DNA of 63,731 nucleotides, the filler included, from a candidate division TA06 bacterium SM23_40 (lineage in GTDB: Bacteria; LJUI01; SM1-40): NCBI GenBank assembly GCA_001303705.1. It is 7 parts of 7 records of this genome, joined end to end, with 100 filler letters (N's around TTAATTAATTAA, not from the genome) between each part and the next. Parts side by side here need not be neighbours in the genome. Positions count along the whole stretch, not along the records: positions 9,713 to 16,140 come from LJUI01000140.1; positions 16,241 to 22,638 come from LJUI01000141.1; 5 more parts are not named here. One strand, given 5' to 3'. Below are positions 9,751 through 21,100 of this stretch, piece after piece; positions within the stretch are counted from its first letter, which is position 1, and every line of letters starts with the position of its first letter. The position numbers were made by a program, and so were the translations under genes. The notes under the pieces were generated by a model. That model saw nothing but the letters and a program-made list of their open reading frames with translations, ran no database searches and was not told the DNA's origin.

Positions 9751-10812
9751 CTACAGCCATTTCTTCCTCCTGAAGTAGAATCTCATTACAGCGGCGACGA
9801 CGGCCATCGCGGACAATGCGAGAAAGTAGCCCCAGCGCCAGTGCAACTCGGGCATGTAACTGAAGTTCATTCCATAGATACCCGCAATGAAGGTGAGAGG
9901 GATGAATATCGTCGCGATGATCGTCAACACCTTCATGACCTCGTTCATTCTGTTGCTGATACTGGAAAGATAGGTGTCGCGCATTGCCGCGATCATTTCG
10001 CGGAACGACTCGGTCGTTTCAATAACCTGAATCGTATGGTCGTAGAGATCTCTGAGGAACACCTGCGTGGTCTGGTGGACGAGCGTCGACTCCCCTCTCT
10101 CGAGACTGCTGATGACCTCTCTCAGAGGCCAGACTGACTGGCGTAAGAAGACCATTTCCGTTCTCAGGCCATGAATAACCTGGAGCGATTCGGGGGTCGG
10201 GTCACCGACCAATGTCTCTTCGATTTCTTCTATCCTCTGTCCAAGCTTCTCCAGGATGATGAAGTAGTTGTCGACAATAGTATCCATCAAAGCGTAGGCA
10301 AGATGATCGGACCCCTTGCTTCTGATACGGCCTTTCGCCTCACGAATTCTCTGTCTGACGGGTTCGAAAACGTCTCCTTCTCGTTCCTGGAACGAAATGA
10401 CAAAACCTTCGCCGAGCACGAGACTGACCTGCTCCGCGATTACTTGGTCGTTCTCTTCGTCGAAGCGCAGCATTCTGATGATGATGAAGAGGTAGTTCTC
10501 GAACTCTTCGACCTTCGGGCGCTGTCCGATGTGCATGATGTCCTCGAGAACGAGGGAATGCAGGCCGAAATGTCCGCCCAGCTTTTCCATGATGTCGACG
10601 TCGTGGATTCCGTTTACATTAATCCAGGTCACAGTTGGTTGGTCTCTGAACGGAAAACACTCTTCGACCGTCTGTACTTGCTTCTCCTGAACGTGGCCTT
10701 CATCGTAGTCGATAACGGTAATCGTTATTTCTTCTGCCGCCACCTCTCGACTTGGCACGAGCGTCCCTGGGGGGAGACCTACGCGCTTGCTCGGTTTGAG
10801 TAATCTCAGCAT
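9751..10812 (-). CDS. corA: Magnesium/cobalt transporter CorA
   Basis: GLPPGTL N-terminus, QRPKVE, MNEVMKVLT, YGMNF signature, MPEL. Confidence 0.97.
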   Translation of the reverse strand: MLRLLKPSKRVGLPPGTLVPSREVAAEEITITVIDYDEGHVQEKQVQTVEECFPFRDQPTVTWINVNGIHDVDIMEKLGGHFGLHSLVLEDIMHIGQRPKVEEFENYLFIIIRMLRFDEENDQVIAEQVSLVLGEGFVISFQEREGDVFEPVRQRIREAKGRIRSKGSDHLAYALMDTIVDNYFIILEKLGQRIEEIEETLVGDPTPESLQVIHGLRTEMVFLRQSVWPLREVISSLERGESTLVHQTTQVFLRDLYDHTIQVIETTESFREMIAAMRDTYLSSISNRMNEVMKVLTIIATIFIPLTFIAGIYGMNFSYMPELHWRWGYFLALSAMAVVAAVMRFYFRRKKWL

Positions 10813-11144
10813 TTCTCACATACCTCCTTCGGGCGATGGCCGGAGATGCCGGTCGATCGTGTGAGGATCCCTGCTCGGTTGAGTCCAGATGTCGGGGAGC
10901 GAAAGCGCAGCGATGGCCGGTGAAAACATGAATTCTCCGAACAGCATGGGTGGCTGATGAGAACTTCCCTCGGACTTCGATCCTTGTTCGAGCTGACTGG
11001 TGAGGCTTCGCCCAGTTCCGGTGTTGATGAAGAGCACCTCGGATCATGGGACAATAGGTTGATGAGCCGACATGGTCGAGCAAGCCACATAAGCGCCAGT
11101 CGAGCAGGGTGACGATGACGCGGACGAGCCTGTAATCGCTTTCG

Positions 11145-11174
11145 ATAGTATCACCGCAGGAAATAGAGAGTCAA
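11145..11174 (-). promoter_or_regulatory. Candidate sigma70 promoter for corA
   Basis: TTGACT-18 bp-TACTAT with TG extended -10, about 330 bp upstream of the corA start. Confidence 0.45.
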
Positions 11175-11593
11175 GGGCGATGAAACGCTCGCCTGACAGT
11201 GTGTGGGACCGATAAACGGAAGACGGCCGATCAAGATGGTCTCTCCCGGAGATCCACCCACTCGGTGGATGCGGCTTCCGCGGGCGCGAGAGGCTTTTGG
11301 CCAGGAGGTACCTGCAGTGCAGCGCTGGTACGGCAAGATATGTGCGGCGATGTGCGCGGCTGAATGCGTTACTCAGGCCTCGAGCGGAGATGTGAGCCGT
11401 TCAATTGCAGGGGCAGTGACGGCAAAGGGGGTGTATCTGGAATCTGAGGCCCTGGACTGTGAGATGTCAGGGAGCATATCGAGATCAGGGTGCGAGCGTA
11501 TAGCAGGGGCTCCGGAATGCGGCAGGCGACCGAGATCTCCTGCCGCTCCGGAGCCTGTGTGGTTGCTATGCTGCGCCTACCCGTCAGGCTCTG

Positions 11594-13681
11594 CTATCGC
11601 ACAATGATCATACGCCTCGTCTCACTGAAGTCGCCTGCCTCGAGACGACAGAAGTACATACCGCTCGCCACTCTGTGCCCTCGCTCGTCGCGGCCATCCC
11701 AGGTCACGCGATGTCGGCCGGCCGGAACCGTCTCTTCCTTCAGCCTGCGCACAAGGGCCCCGCGGATGTCGTAGATGCTCAATGTGACTCGCGTCGGTGC
11801 GATGAGTCCGTAGGTAATCGTGGTCGTCGCACTGAAGGGGTTGGGATAATTTTGTGCAAGGTACCGCGATAGCGGGAGGGTGAGCTCGTCTTCCTCGCCA
11901 GCGACCTCGGTAACGTCGGTCACAGTGATGTCAGTCCGGGTAGTGTCAGCCAGGGCCGGGACCCCGTCGTCGGTAGCAATGAACGTTACCGTATAGGCGC
12001 CCGCTTGATCATATGCTGGAGTCCACTCGAAGACACCGGTCACTGAGTTCAGAGTAGCTCCCGTCGGGAGGTCGGGGGAGGAGAAGGAGAGACTGTCGCC
12101 ATCCGGATCGCTCGCCGCGAGAGTGAAGGTGAGGAGGTCATTCTCGGCCACTGTCGTGTCGGCTTGATCGGATAGACTCGGTGGTCGGTTCACGTTGCCA
12201 ACGGTAATGACGGTCTGCTCGGTATCGGCGAGGGCCGGACTGCCATTATCGGTGGCGAGGAAGGTGATGGGATGGTTGCCTCCCTGATCATATGCTGGAG
12301 TCCACTCGAAGACGCCGGTCACTGAGTTCAGCATGGCTCCCGTCGGGAGGTCAGGGGATGAGAGGGAAATAGTATCGCCGTCAGGGTCGGTCGCCATCAG
12401 GGTGAAGGTGAGATACTGATTCTCGGCGACCGTGGTGTCTGCCTGATCGATCAGGTCCGGCGGACCGTCTATATCTGTCACAGTGATATCGACCTGTTCC
12501 GTGTCAGCGAGAGCAGAAGGGCCATTATCGGTGGCAATGACTCTGGCCGTGTACAAGCCCGCTTGGGCGTATGTCGGAGTCCATTCGAAGACTCCGGTCG
12601 CCGAGTTCAGCGTAGCTCCGGCGGGCAAATCGGGAGATGAGTAGGAGATGCTGTCACCGTCGGGATCGGTCGCCACCAGGGTGAAGGTGAGATACTGGTT
12701 CTCGACCACTGTCGTATCTGCCTGATCGACCAGGTCAGGCGGACGGTTCCAGCGGTAGTGATACCCCATATCCGCCGGGAACAGGTCGGGAGCCCCATCC
12801 GTTCTCGTGGTCGCCTCGGGGACCGGCGAGCCCGGATCGCCCGCGTCCACGCACGGGCTCTCCTGGAGCTGGCCTGCGGCTATCTGGCTCAGGTAGTAGT
12901 TCCCGAGCGGGCCGGTGACGAAGAGGGGATCGGCGTCGATGTTACCCGCACCGGCCCAGCCGCCCTGGATGTCGGAGTAGGTGACCTGGATCGAGCCCGA
13001 GGCGAGATGGATTTCCGGGTCGGTAGCGGCGCTATTGCCCCAGAGGATGGAGTTGACGACGATCGGGGTGGAGTTATCGCTGTAGATCCCGCCTCCCTCG
13101 TCGCTGGCCGTATTGCCTGAGATCGTGTTTCCGTCGATGGTCGGGGAGGTCCCCTGACGGCAGTAGATGCCGCCGCCGTCAATAGCCGTATTCCCCGAGA
13201 TCGTGTTCCCTCTGAGGATCGGAGAGCAGGCGAGCCGGCAGAAGATCCCGCCTCCGCGATTGGTGGCCGCATTTGCCGTGATTATGTTGCCCTCGATGGT
13301 CGGGGAGGAGCCGTTGCATCGGATCCCGGCGCCGTCGGCGTCAGCTCCGTTGGTGATCGTGAAGCCTTTGAGCACCGAGCTTGCGTCCTCCCCGCTATGG
13401 AAGAAGAACCCGCGGCCCAACCCTTCACAGTCGATGATCGTTGCCCCGGGCCCGTTCTCCGACATCACCACGATCGCCTTGCCCGAGAAATCGAGATCGC
13501 GGTTCGCCGTGCCGGTGTAGGTTCCGTCGGCCACGAGTACGCTGTCCCCGGCAGCCGCCGAGTCGATCCCTGCCTGGATGGTGGGACACTGCGGGCTCGG
13601 CACCGGCCAGGTCGTCGCCAGGGCGCTTCCAGCGAGCACAAGAACCCAGGCTCCACACACTAGAGCTGCTAGCAGTCTCAC
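11594..13681 (-). CDS. Secreted parallel beta-helix protein with three putative-Ig repeats and FlgD-Ig CTD
   Basis: Signal peptide; TIQAGID...GTYTG and GNTA..GGGIYC beta-helix repeats; 3x ATDPDGD..S.SSPDLP.GA...GVFEWTP; QNYPNPF CTD; AGGAGG RBS. Confidence 0.9.
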   Translation of the reverse strand: MRLLAALVCGAWVLVLAGSALATTWPVPSPQCPTIQAGIDSAAAGDSVLVADGTYTGTANRDLDFSGKAIVVMSENGPGATIIDCEGLGRGFFFHSGEDASSVLKGFTITNGADADGAGIRCNGSSPTIEGNIITANAATNRGGGIFCRLACSPILRGNTISGNTAIDGGGIYCRQGTSPTIDGNTISGNTASDEGGGIYSDNSTPIVVNSILWGNSAATDPEIHLASGSIQVTYSDIQGGWAGAGNIDADPLFVTGPLGNYYLSQIAAGQLQESPCVDAGDPGSPVPEATTRTDGAPDLFPADMGYHYRWNRPPDLVDQADTTVVENQYLTFTLVATDPDGDSISYSSPDLPAGATLNSATGVFEWTPTYAQAGLYTARVIATDNGPSALADTEQVDITVTDIDGPPDLIDQADTTVAENQYLTFTLMATDPDGDTISLSSPDLPTGAMLNSVTGVFEWTPAYDQGGNHPITFLATDNGSPALADTEQTVITVGNVNRPPSLSDQADTTVAENDLLTFTLAASDPDGDSLSFSSPDLPTGATLNSVTGVFEWTPAYDQAGAYTVTFIATDDGVPALADTTRTDITVTDVTEVAGEEDELTLPLSRYLAQNYPNPFSATTTITYGLIAPTRVTLSIYDIRGALVRRLKEETVPAGRHRVTWDGRDERGHRVASGMYFCRLEAGDFSETRRMIIVR

Positions 13682-13715
13682 GAGATCCTCCTATCGGATT
13701 CCGACGATTGACAAA

Positions 13716-14384
13716 CTAGTCGGATAGTGCGTAGCGCGAGAAGTGTTCGATCTGCGCGACCACTTCTTGATTGTCGACATCAAACTCCGAGTCGACTATT
13801 CTCCATGTCCGATTTCCCTCATCCCACCGATAGATGTTCAGATCCTGGGGGGCCAGGCCACCCAGATCGAGGTGCTCGACGCCGAACCGGAGATCTACCT
13901 TGTTCAGGAACTGCGTGCCGTCAGGACCGAAGTCGGCCAGGGCATAGCGTGGATCTCTCAATATGGAGATGGACATACTGTGCTGGAGTGCTTGGGGAGG
14001 GATCACCACTCTCATCAGTCCATTGTCGACCTCGCCCCCTTTGTTCCTGTGGATCATCTGTTCGACGAAAATCGGAAACTCAGGGCCTTCTCTGCCGTGC
14101 CCCGCGCGTGGAAGCTCTCCGATCGGAATCAGATTCAGCGACCCGTTGTCACCGTCGCGGTCCCACTCATTCCCGCTCTCTGCGACGACTGTCCGATCCT
14201 CAGAGGTCCTAGCTGTAGGACCGTCTGTCAGGAACTCTCCGGCAGGAATGATATTCCGTTCTGTCCCCGCGGCGGGGGTTGACGGCGACGTCGGCAAATC
14301 GTTGCGACCGCAGCCAGCATAAAAGGCCAGCACTATCAGCGTCGCTATCATGGCCCAGACACTCGCCTTATTGAGTGAACGCAT
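13716..14384 (-). CDS. Lipoprotein with ZU5-like C-terminal domain
   Basis: Lipobox YAG-C; C-terminal IPPQAL...FGPDGTQF...IYRWDE...HFSRYAL; AGGAGG RBS before ATG 14384. Confidence 0.75.
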   Translation of the reverse strand: MRSLNKASVWAMIATLIVLAFYAGCGRNDLPTSPSTPAAGTERNIIPAGEFLTDGPTARTSEDRTVVAESGNEWDRDGDNGSLNLIPIGELPRAGHGREGPEFPIFVEQMIHRNKGGEVDNGLMRVVIPPQALQHSMSISILRDPRYALADFGPDGTQFLNKVDLRFGVEHLDLGGLAPQDLNIYRWDEGNRTWRIVDSEFDVDNQEVVAQIEHFSRYALSD

Positions 14385-14511
14385 CGTAAACCTCCTATGT
14401 GTCAGAGCCGCTATTCTATCCACCGGGGAGTCTGCTATCGGCTTCGCCGGATCCGATCAGGCTCGCCCCGCTCCTCGGCGGACCGTCATTCGGTGTTTGT
14501 CTGAGTAGTGG

Positions 14512-14527
14512 AGCAAGACGTGTGCCG
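14512..14527 (-). promoter_or_regulatory. sigma54 -24/-12 promoter
   Basis: CGGCACACGTCTTGCT (GG-N10-GC) upstream of the lipoprotein/beta-helix operon; IHF-like ATTCAATGAATTA about 30-40 bp further upstream. Confidence 0.65.
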
Positions 14528-15171
14528 AAGCGGCCGCCGAGCGGGCAGGAAGCTTTTAATTCATTGAATCGTTGGATGTTACAGGGGGCCGTATGATCTC
14601 GGAGAGCAGCTCTGATGTCTGTCGAGCCCGGCTATCTGTTCCAGTTCGATAGGTCATTCTGTTACACTCTATCGTTATCGACCTTGAGCCCACGCCGAGG
14701 ATGGGCTCCGGTCCGGACTCTATCTTCCCATCAGTCGAGGAAATCGGGGCGTGGAGGTGTCCGGCATACTGGGGATCTGGCGGGTCTGGCGCTACGGCAT
14801 AGAGTTCGTGAGAGGCCGCAGAAAGGCGGATCGGGCAACGTGAATTTCTGGGGAACAGCCAGATATGTAGTGAGGAATGTGCTCATGGGCACGCATCGTT
14901 CCTGGTGTTAGTGACTGCGGATGTGAACGGCACCTGGTCAACAGGGTTGACGGTGCGACCTTGCCTGAATAGGATGAGCGATAGCGATTTCCGTTCTTGT
15001 GACCAGTCTGGTGACGTGTACACGTGAGCACGGGACTGGGGTCATCGAGAGGATCTGGCAGAGTCATGGAGGCAGCTACCGCCAGGGAAGCAGGCGGAGC
15101 AAGGCACGTAGTGCCGGATTGACAGACAGGGCTAAGTGCGTAGATAGTGGCGGGGAACACAGGAGGCCACG

Positions 15172-15657
15172 ATGGGAGATGCTTCCGGGATATTCATCGG
15201 CTCAGTTCTCGTAGCGCTCGTCCTCAGAGTTCCGTTGATCCTGCTCGAGGGCGGCCTCAAGCTGGTCGTCTTTTCGCGTTTCGCCAACGCACGGAGGGCT
15301 GAAGTCCTGCGTTCTGTGGTCGGAGTGGTGATCCTCGAGACCCTCGCCAGCATTGTCTTCGTCGGCGGCATTGGCTTTCTGGATCACACTGGCAGGATAT
15401 CCGGAGCCATAGTAGTCAGCAGACCGGTACTTCTTTCCGCGTGGCTTTTGTCGGTGGGCTTGCTGGCTGCGACAGTCTGGCTGGTGAACCTCATATTCCT
15501 CAGAAGGGTGTGTGAGAGGCATCTTCCGTTGCCCTCGACCCGGGCGCTCGCAGCGCGGTCGCTCCTGATGGTCGGTCTTTTCTTCGCCACCAGTGGATTG
15601 CAGGATCTGTGGGCATATCTTTCTACTCTGCTCGGCCTCTTTCCGGTCGGCTCCTGA
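15172..15657 (+). CDS. Hypothetical membrane protein
   Basis: AGGAGG RBS; about 4 hydrophobic segments. Confidence 0.6.
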   Translation: MGDASGIFIGSVLVALVLRVPLILLEGGLKLVVFSRFANARRAEVLRSVVGVVILETLASIVFVGGIGFLDHTGRISGAIVVSRPVLLSAWLLSVGLLAATVWLVNLIFLRRVCERHLPLPSTRALAARSLLMVGLFFATSGLQDLWAYLSTLLGLFPVGS

Positions 15658-15868
15658 CAGGGCGATCCAGCCGATCGATCGGCAGGAAGCTGTCGGGCAC
15701 GGTCGTTGGGGAATTGACCGAATGCTCCCGAATCGGTAGGTGCAGGGTGCCCCTCCGGAGCCAGTTTCATTCCCCTGCCCCGGCTGCACTGCGCGCGGTT
15801 CCGATGCCTCTGCCGGCCGCGCAATCGCTGGCGCAATCGCTGGTCGAGACAAGGGAAAGAGATCGAAT

Positions 15869-16140
15869 TCAGGTCTTCTTTCGCTGTTCTCTGAGGTAGG
15901 CAATGAACGCCGCGACTGCGCGCCACTCTTCGTCGGTTAGATCCTGGGGGAGCAGAGCCTGTTGAGCCAACGTGGGGGTGGTGCGGCCTGTCGCGCGGTC
16001 TGCGGCGGGGACGACGTACCCGGCGAGCTCCATAAGCTTTCCATAGGATACATCGAGCACAGTGGCGAGCCGGTGTAGCACACGCGGCGAAGGATTCTTC
16101 ACCATTCCCGCCTCGAGCTTCTGAAGGTAGGCGGCTGAGA
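15869..16140 (-). CDS. XRE-family HTH regulator (5' partial)
   Basis: SAAYLQKLEAG..KNPSPRVLHRLATVLDVSY..LMELAGY; runs off the contig. Confidence 0.85.
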
Positions 16141-16240
16141 NNNNNNNNNNNNNNNNNNNNNNNNNNNNNNNNNNNNNNNNNNNNTTAATTAATTAANNNN
16201 NNNNNNNNNNNNNNNNNNNNNNNNNNNNNNNNNNNNNNNN
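16141..16240. other. Artificial contig linker
   Basis: N/TTAATTAATTAA/N. Confidence 0.99.
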
Positions 16241-16657
16241 GGGATGCACCACAAGCGTCGAGCGGCCGATCCACCCGAGGCCGGCCGCCCGCGCAATCGC
16301 CCGATGCGAGAGCATCCCCACCTGCCGTTCCCAATCGACCGTCTGCGATGCCGGCACCGCGGCAGCGCCGAACCCCTCCGACTGAAGAGCGGCGGCTACG
16401 CGCGCCGCCGCCTGGTCGAGCAGCCAGTTAGCTGTTTTGTAGTGGTGTTTATAGAGGAGGGTGGGGCCGTCCTCGATCGGTTCGATCACGGCGTCGGAGA
16501 GACGGAACCCGAGAGAGATTGCATGCGGCAGCCGCGAGATCAGCTCCTTCCCGTCCGGCTCCGCGTACTCGGCGGCAGCGGCAGCGTCGGCGACGGCGAA
16601 GAGCGTCATCCCACTCCCGACGATCACATCCCTCAGCCTATCCTCAAGGCGCTGCAT
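16241..16657 (-). CDS. QueG-like/4Fe-4S reductase family protein (3' partial)
   Basis: VPASQ...LSHRAIARAAGLGWIGRSTLVVHP, typical of epoxyqueuosine-reductase-like proteins. Confidence 0.7.
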
Positions 16658-16687
16658 CGGCTCCTCCGGCTAGCCACCCTCCCGCCA

Positions 16688-17845
16688 CTAGATGCCGACC
16701 GAGAGCGTCACAATGTGGATGTCTTCGAGTCGTCCGAACTCCGCGAAGGCGTAGTCTACCTGGAGGGAGCGATTGGCGACGGGAACCCGGATCCCGCCGC
16801 CGAGAGTGTATGACTCCTCATCGTAGTTGATGCGATATCCTGCCCGGAGCGCGACAACCTCCTGCCAGACGTACTCTGCGCCGATCGACGCGCGTTCTTC
16901 GTTGTCGTTGGGATGGTTGGCGTCGACGGCCAGAGTGAGGCGGCTCGACTCTCTCTCCATCACCGACGGCCGGGGGCCGATAAGGTCGACGGCGATCCCC
17001 ACCCGGAAATTGAGCGGCAGGGGCCACGACCCCGTCTCGAGGTGACTGTCGAGCGAGTCGTCTTCCACTACGACCGTGCTCGATACGCTCAGATCCCTCC
17101 CCTCGCGCTGCATCCTCCCCCCGAAGTTGGACATCGACATCCCGATCCGGGCGCGGAACAAGCCGGTTCGCAGGAAGGTCCCGGCGTCGATGGCGACGGC
17201 TGACGCCGACTCATTGTGGAGGTTCTGCTGGATGTATTTCCCTGTCACCCCGGCGGCAAACCGGTCGGTGAGCCAGCGCGCATACGTCACCCCAACGCAG
17301 ATATCCTGTGCGCTGAAGTACTCGCCCGTCCCCTCTTCCTCGAGCTCCGTGGTTATCTCGATCTCATCGGTGCTGAGGAATGTCGCTGACCCCCCCAGGG
17401 ACCCGGAACTCCCCAACGGAGCAACGACCCCCACGTAGTCATGAGAGAGATCCGCAAACCAGAGGGCGTGGTGCCCTGCGAGGTTCCATCCGGTGAGCTG
17501 AACAGCGCCGGCAGGATTCCAGTACAGCGCGGTGGGATCATCGGCCACGGCGGCGAACGCTCCTCCCATTGCCCAGGCCCTTGCCCCGACGCCGATCTTG
17601 AGGAACTGTGCTGCCGCGGTGCCAGCTCTGTCGAATCCGAACGCCGTCCCCGACCAGAAGATGGCCGCAGCGAGGAGTACCGTTCCGGTCAGGCGCGCCA
17701 GTCTAGCGTGGTGGCAGCGGGCCGCCCTGGCGAGGGTCGCGACAATCGCTACTACCACGCCACAGCGCTCCGGCCGCACGCCGACGGCGAACACTCTCCT
17801 TCCTCTCCTGGTTGGTCCTCGCATGAAGTCGCCTTTCAGATTCAC
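16688..17845 (-). CDS. PorV/PorQ-family outer-membrane beta-barrel
   Basis: GTAAAQFLKIGVGARAWAMGGAF...ALYWNPAG, LPLNFRVG, DYAF. Confidence 0.9.
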   Translation of the reverse strand: MNLKGDFMRGPTRRGRRVFAVGVRPERCGVVVAIVATLARAARCHHARLARLTGTVLLAAAIFWSGTAFGFDRAGTAAAQFLKIGVGARAWAMGGAFAAVADDPTALYWNPAGAVQLTGWNLAGHHALWFADLSHDYVGVVAPLGSSGSLGGSATFLSTDEIEITTELEEEGTGEYFSAQDICVGVTYARWLTDRFAAGVTGKYIQQNLHNESASAVAIDAGTFLRTGLFRARIGMSMSNFGGRMQREGRDLSVSSTVVVEDDSLDSHLETGSWPLPLNFRVGIAVDLIGPRPSVMERESSRLTLAVDANHPNDNEERASIGAEYVWQEVVALRAGYRINYDEESYTLGGGIRVPVANRSLQVDYAFAEFGRLEDIHIVTLSVGI

Positions 17846-18119
17846 GGTCTCCGCAGATGTAGGGGGCTATCGCTCCCTAGATACGATCTGTCTTGCCGCC
17901 ATCAGGACCACTTGCTTTGATCAACCGCACCATCTCCGGCCACGGCGATCCAATCCTCCGCCCCTCGGCATACCGACTTCGTTCACGGTCCAGCGACGGG
18001 ATCCGCCACCCGGATCCGCCGCTCGCTACACTGACTCCCCCCGGGATCCACCACCGAGCTCTACCATCGGGATCCGCCGCCTCCCGACGTCCCAGCATTC
18101 GGATCCCCGGCACTCTGAT

Positions 18120-21100
18120 CTACCGTATGATAGCGAACTTCCCGACCTTCGTTCGCCCGTCAGGTGTCTCGATCACATACACATAGAGGCCGTACGCGAT
18201 GTCGAGTCCGTGTTCCGACCGGAGATCCCAGAACATATATCCATCCCGGCTCCGGTGGTGAATCCGTTTCACCTCATCGCCGGAGACCGTGTAGATGTGG
18301 ATGTCGCACTCGTCCGGCAGATGATTGAACTTGATCCGGTGCTCCAGATTGCTCGCCTCATACCGGGCCGCCACCACATACGGATTGGGGACGACCCGTA
18401 TGCGATCGAGTTCGCCCGCCCCCGCCACCGATCTCCCGGCCGTCGTCCGGAACTGATAGCTGACATCGCTCCGGAAGAGCTTCCGGACCTGTGCCGTGAA
18501 CTGATCGCCGTCAGAGGGAGGAATCGCGGTAACCGGCCCGTTCTGCGTCCTGACATGAACCGCCTGCACGTCGACGGTGTCCCCATCCCCGTTGACCGTG
18601 TACGAGTACAGGCCGAGCTCGTCGGGAAACCAGTCTCCGAAAGTGGGATCAGGATTGTACCCGGCACCTCCGGGAGTGAGATCCCAGCCGGCCGGCCCGA
18701 ACCACACGTGGTCCCACCCGTACCGGTAGTCGAGCAGCCACATCTCATCGACCGGCACCGGCGTTCCGTCCTCGAGCAACATCTCTCCCGCGACGGGGAG
18801 CCAGATGTGCATCGTATCCCAGGGAATCGACGTATAGTAGAAGACGCCATCGATCCTGGCGAGGGTGCCCCCACCGCCGACAGAATCGGTATCGATCGTG
18901 ATCCGGAAATCTCTCGCCCCGTCCACGTACGCAGGGGCGACCATCTGCCCCGGCTCGCGATCCTCGACAAACCAGTCGAATGTCGACTGCGTCCCCTCGA
19001 CGTGCGTCCATTCCAGGTTGGCGACGGCCGCCGCCGCATCGACCGCAACGAGCCTGAACCCGTGCGTGACCGGGATGTTGTCTCCCGTGCTGTCCGTCAG
19101 GGCCTGGTTCGCCAGGAGCGTATCGTCCGATGTCATATCGACGAGCGTCAGCGTCGTTGCCCGGAGCGTATCCGGCAGTCCCAGAGTATCGAGCAGGACC
19201 ACGGTGCCGGTGTCGATGAACGTCACCTCATACTTGTGCCCGGTCAGCGCCTCGGGGTCGATCACCTCAACATCGAACCAGCTGTCACACTCCCCGCCGA
19301 AGAGTTCCGGATCCGATGCCGCTCCCTCGATGTAGTTGGACGCCCTGGCCCCCGGCACGACGGCAACCGTGTTCAACTCCTGTTCCGAGCGGCCGCGCGA
19401 CGACTCGAATGACTGAAGCGATGTCTCGGGATCGCCCTGGTCGTACGACGTGACCGAATACCAGTACTCCACTCCGTTGATGACGTCGGAGTCGATGAAC
19501 GTATGGCGAAGCCCCGTTTCATCTCCCAACCATTGGTTCACCACCGGATCGACCCCGAAGATGCCGTCCACGAGATCGAACTGCGCGATCGGCACGTACC
19601 CGATCAGATTCCCCTCCGCATCGGTCACGGGATCTCCCCAGCTCGTCCCCCGGTCGCCGCTGCGGTACAGCTTATAGCCCTCGAAGTCGTACTCCCCGGA
19701 CTGCTGATCCCGCGACATCTCGGGAGACGAATCCCAGTACAGTGTCACGCTCCCGTCGCCTGCCACGGCGTGGAGGTCGGGCGACGGCGGCGGGCCCGGG
19801 CCCTGGTACGCGTTCTCGAACATCTGTTGGGCCATGGCCAGGTTCGCGAAGAGATCGGCGGTATCCTGGCCGGCGACGACGACGATGGCGGACCGGACGG
19901 TGTCACCCACGGCGAGCGTGCACGGTCCGGTCGAGAGGAAGAAGTCGATCGCTCTCCCCCCCGGGAATATGTCGGGAAGGAGCGACAGGTCGTCGAACCG
20001 TACGTTCCCCCCGTGGAAGTACTGCGAGGGATCGATATCAGGATCGGTGGTGTCGCTGGAGAAGATGGGCCAGATGGCCTCGTCTGTGGTGTGCGGCGAG
20101 GAGTGATCGAAGTAATGAAAATCGGTGATCCCCCGATCCTCGGGCGTGGCGAGCACACCCAGTCCGATCACCCCGACCGAGGTCCAGGGGGGATCCGGTG
20201 TCCCGCCCACGTCCCAATAATAGAAGAAGTCGGGGAGTGTATCTCCGTCGATCGTGGTGTCGAACCCACCGAGGTAGTCGAGGAAGTCGAAATCGACGCG
20301 GAAATCAGCGAAGTACCCGATGTACAGATCCTCGAGCGCGGTGCCCTCGGTCCGGATGATCGTGAAATCGAAGAAAAGGAAGTCCTCCGCATAGCTCCGG
20401 CCGTAGCTGTATGCGAGCTGGCGCACCTCGAACCCGAGCGGGCCGAGCGCGTTGTCGGCATCGTTGTACACGCAGAAGAGGTCGCGGTCGGCGCTGAACT
20501 CCCCTTCGACCTCCAGGCCCGTCGAGGGATCGATGCGGAACGGGCCCGGCCAGTACCGCTCCCCGTTCGCCAGCGGCCAGGAGAGCGGCCGGTCGCTCGT
20601 CGCCATGAGCGGCGTCCCGTCCGCGACCGTGTCGATCCCCGAGTGGTACATGCCGAGCGCCCCGTCCACCGGGGACCAGTCACCCTCAGCCCCTGCCTGG
20701 CTGGTGAACGACTCGATGACATTGTCCTCTGTCGCGACGAGCAACCCCAGACCGAAACAGTACTGCTCGACATCGGATGCTGAGAGGGGCCAGTGCATGG
20801 CGGGAGCGAAGTAGTGGAAGTTGGAGAGAAGCCCGAAGTTTGACGTGACATTGGTGAGCTGCCCCTTGTCCATGACCCCGACCGCGCGATCGGCATCGCC
20901 GAGGGGCATGAGCACGGCGGGGAGCGTTCTTCCGACATACTGCTCCCAGACGCGCGCCTCGGATTGGAGGGGGGCCTCGACACCGGACTCGGGGTCTCCC
21001 GCTATGACACCGTCGAACCGAATCGCAGGTACCTGATCGTCGATCCGGAGCGCCGGCGCCTCCTGCGCCTGGGCATCGAGAATGCCGGCCGCGAGCACGA

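Noticed and set aside
10990-11020. M-box riboswitch (GGTGAGGCT)
   Set aside because: The motif is antisense to corA and the rest of the consensus is missing.
17532-20783. Long plus-strand ORFs (626 aa and 426 aa)
   Set aside because: Antisense shadows of the GC-rich minus-strand gene 18120-21245; no motifs or RBS.
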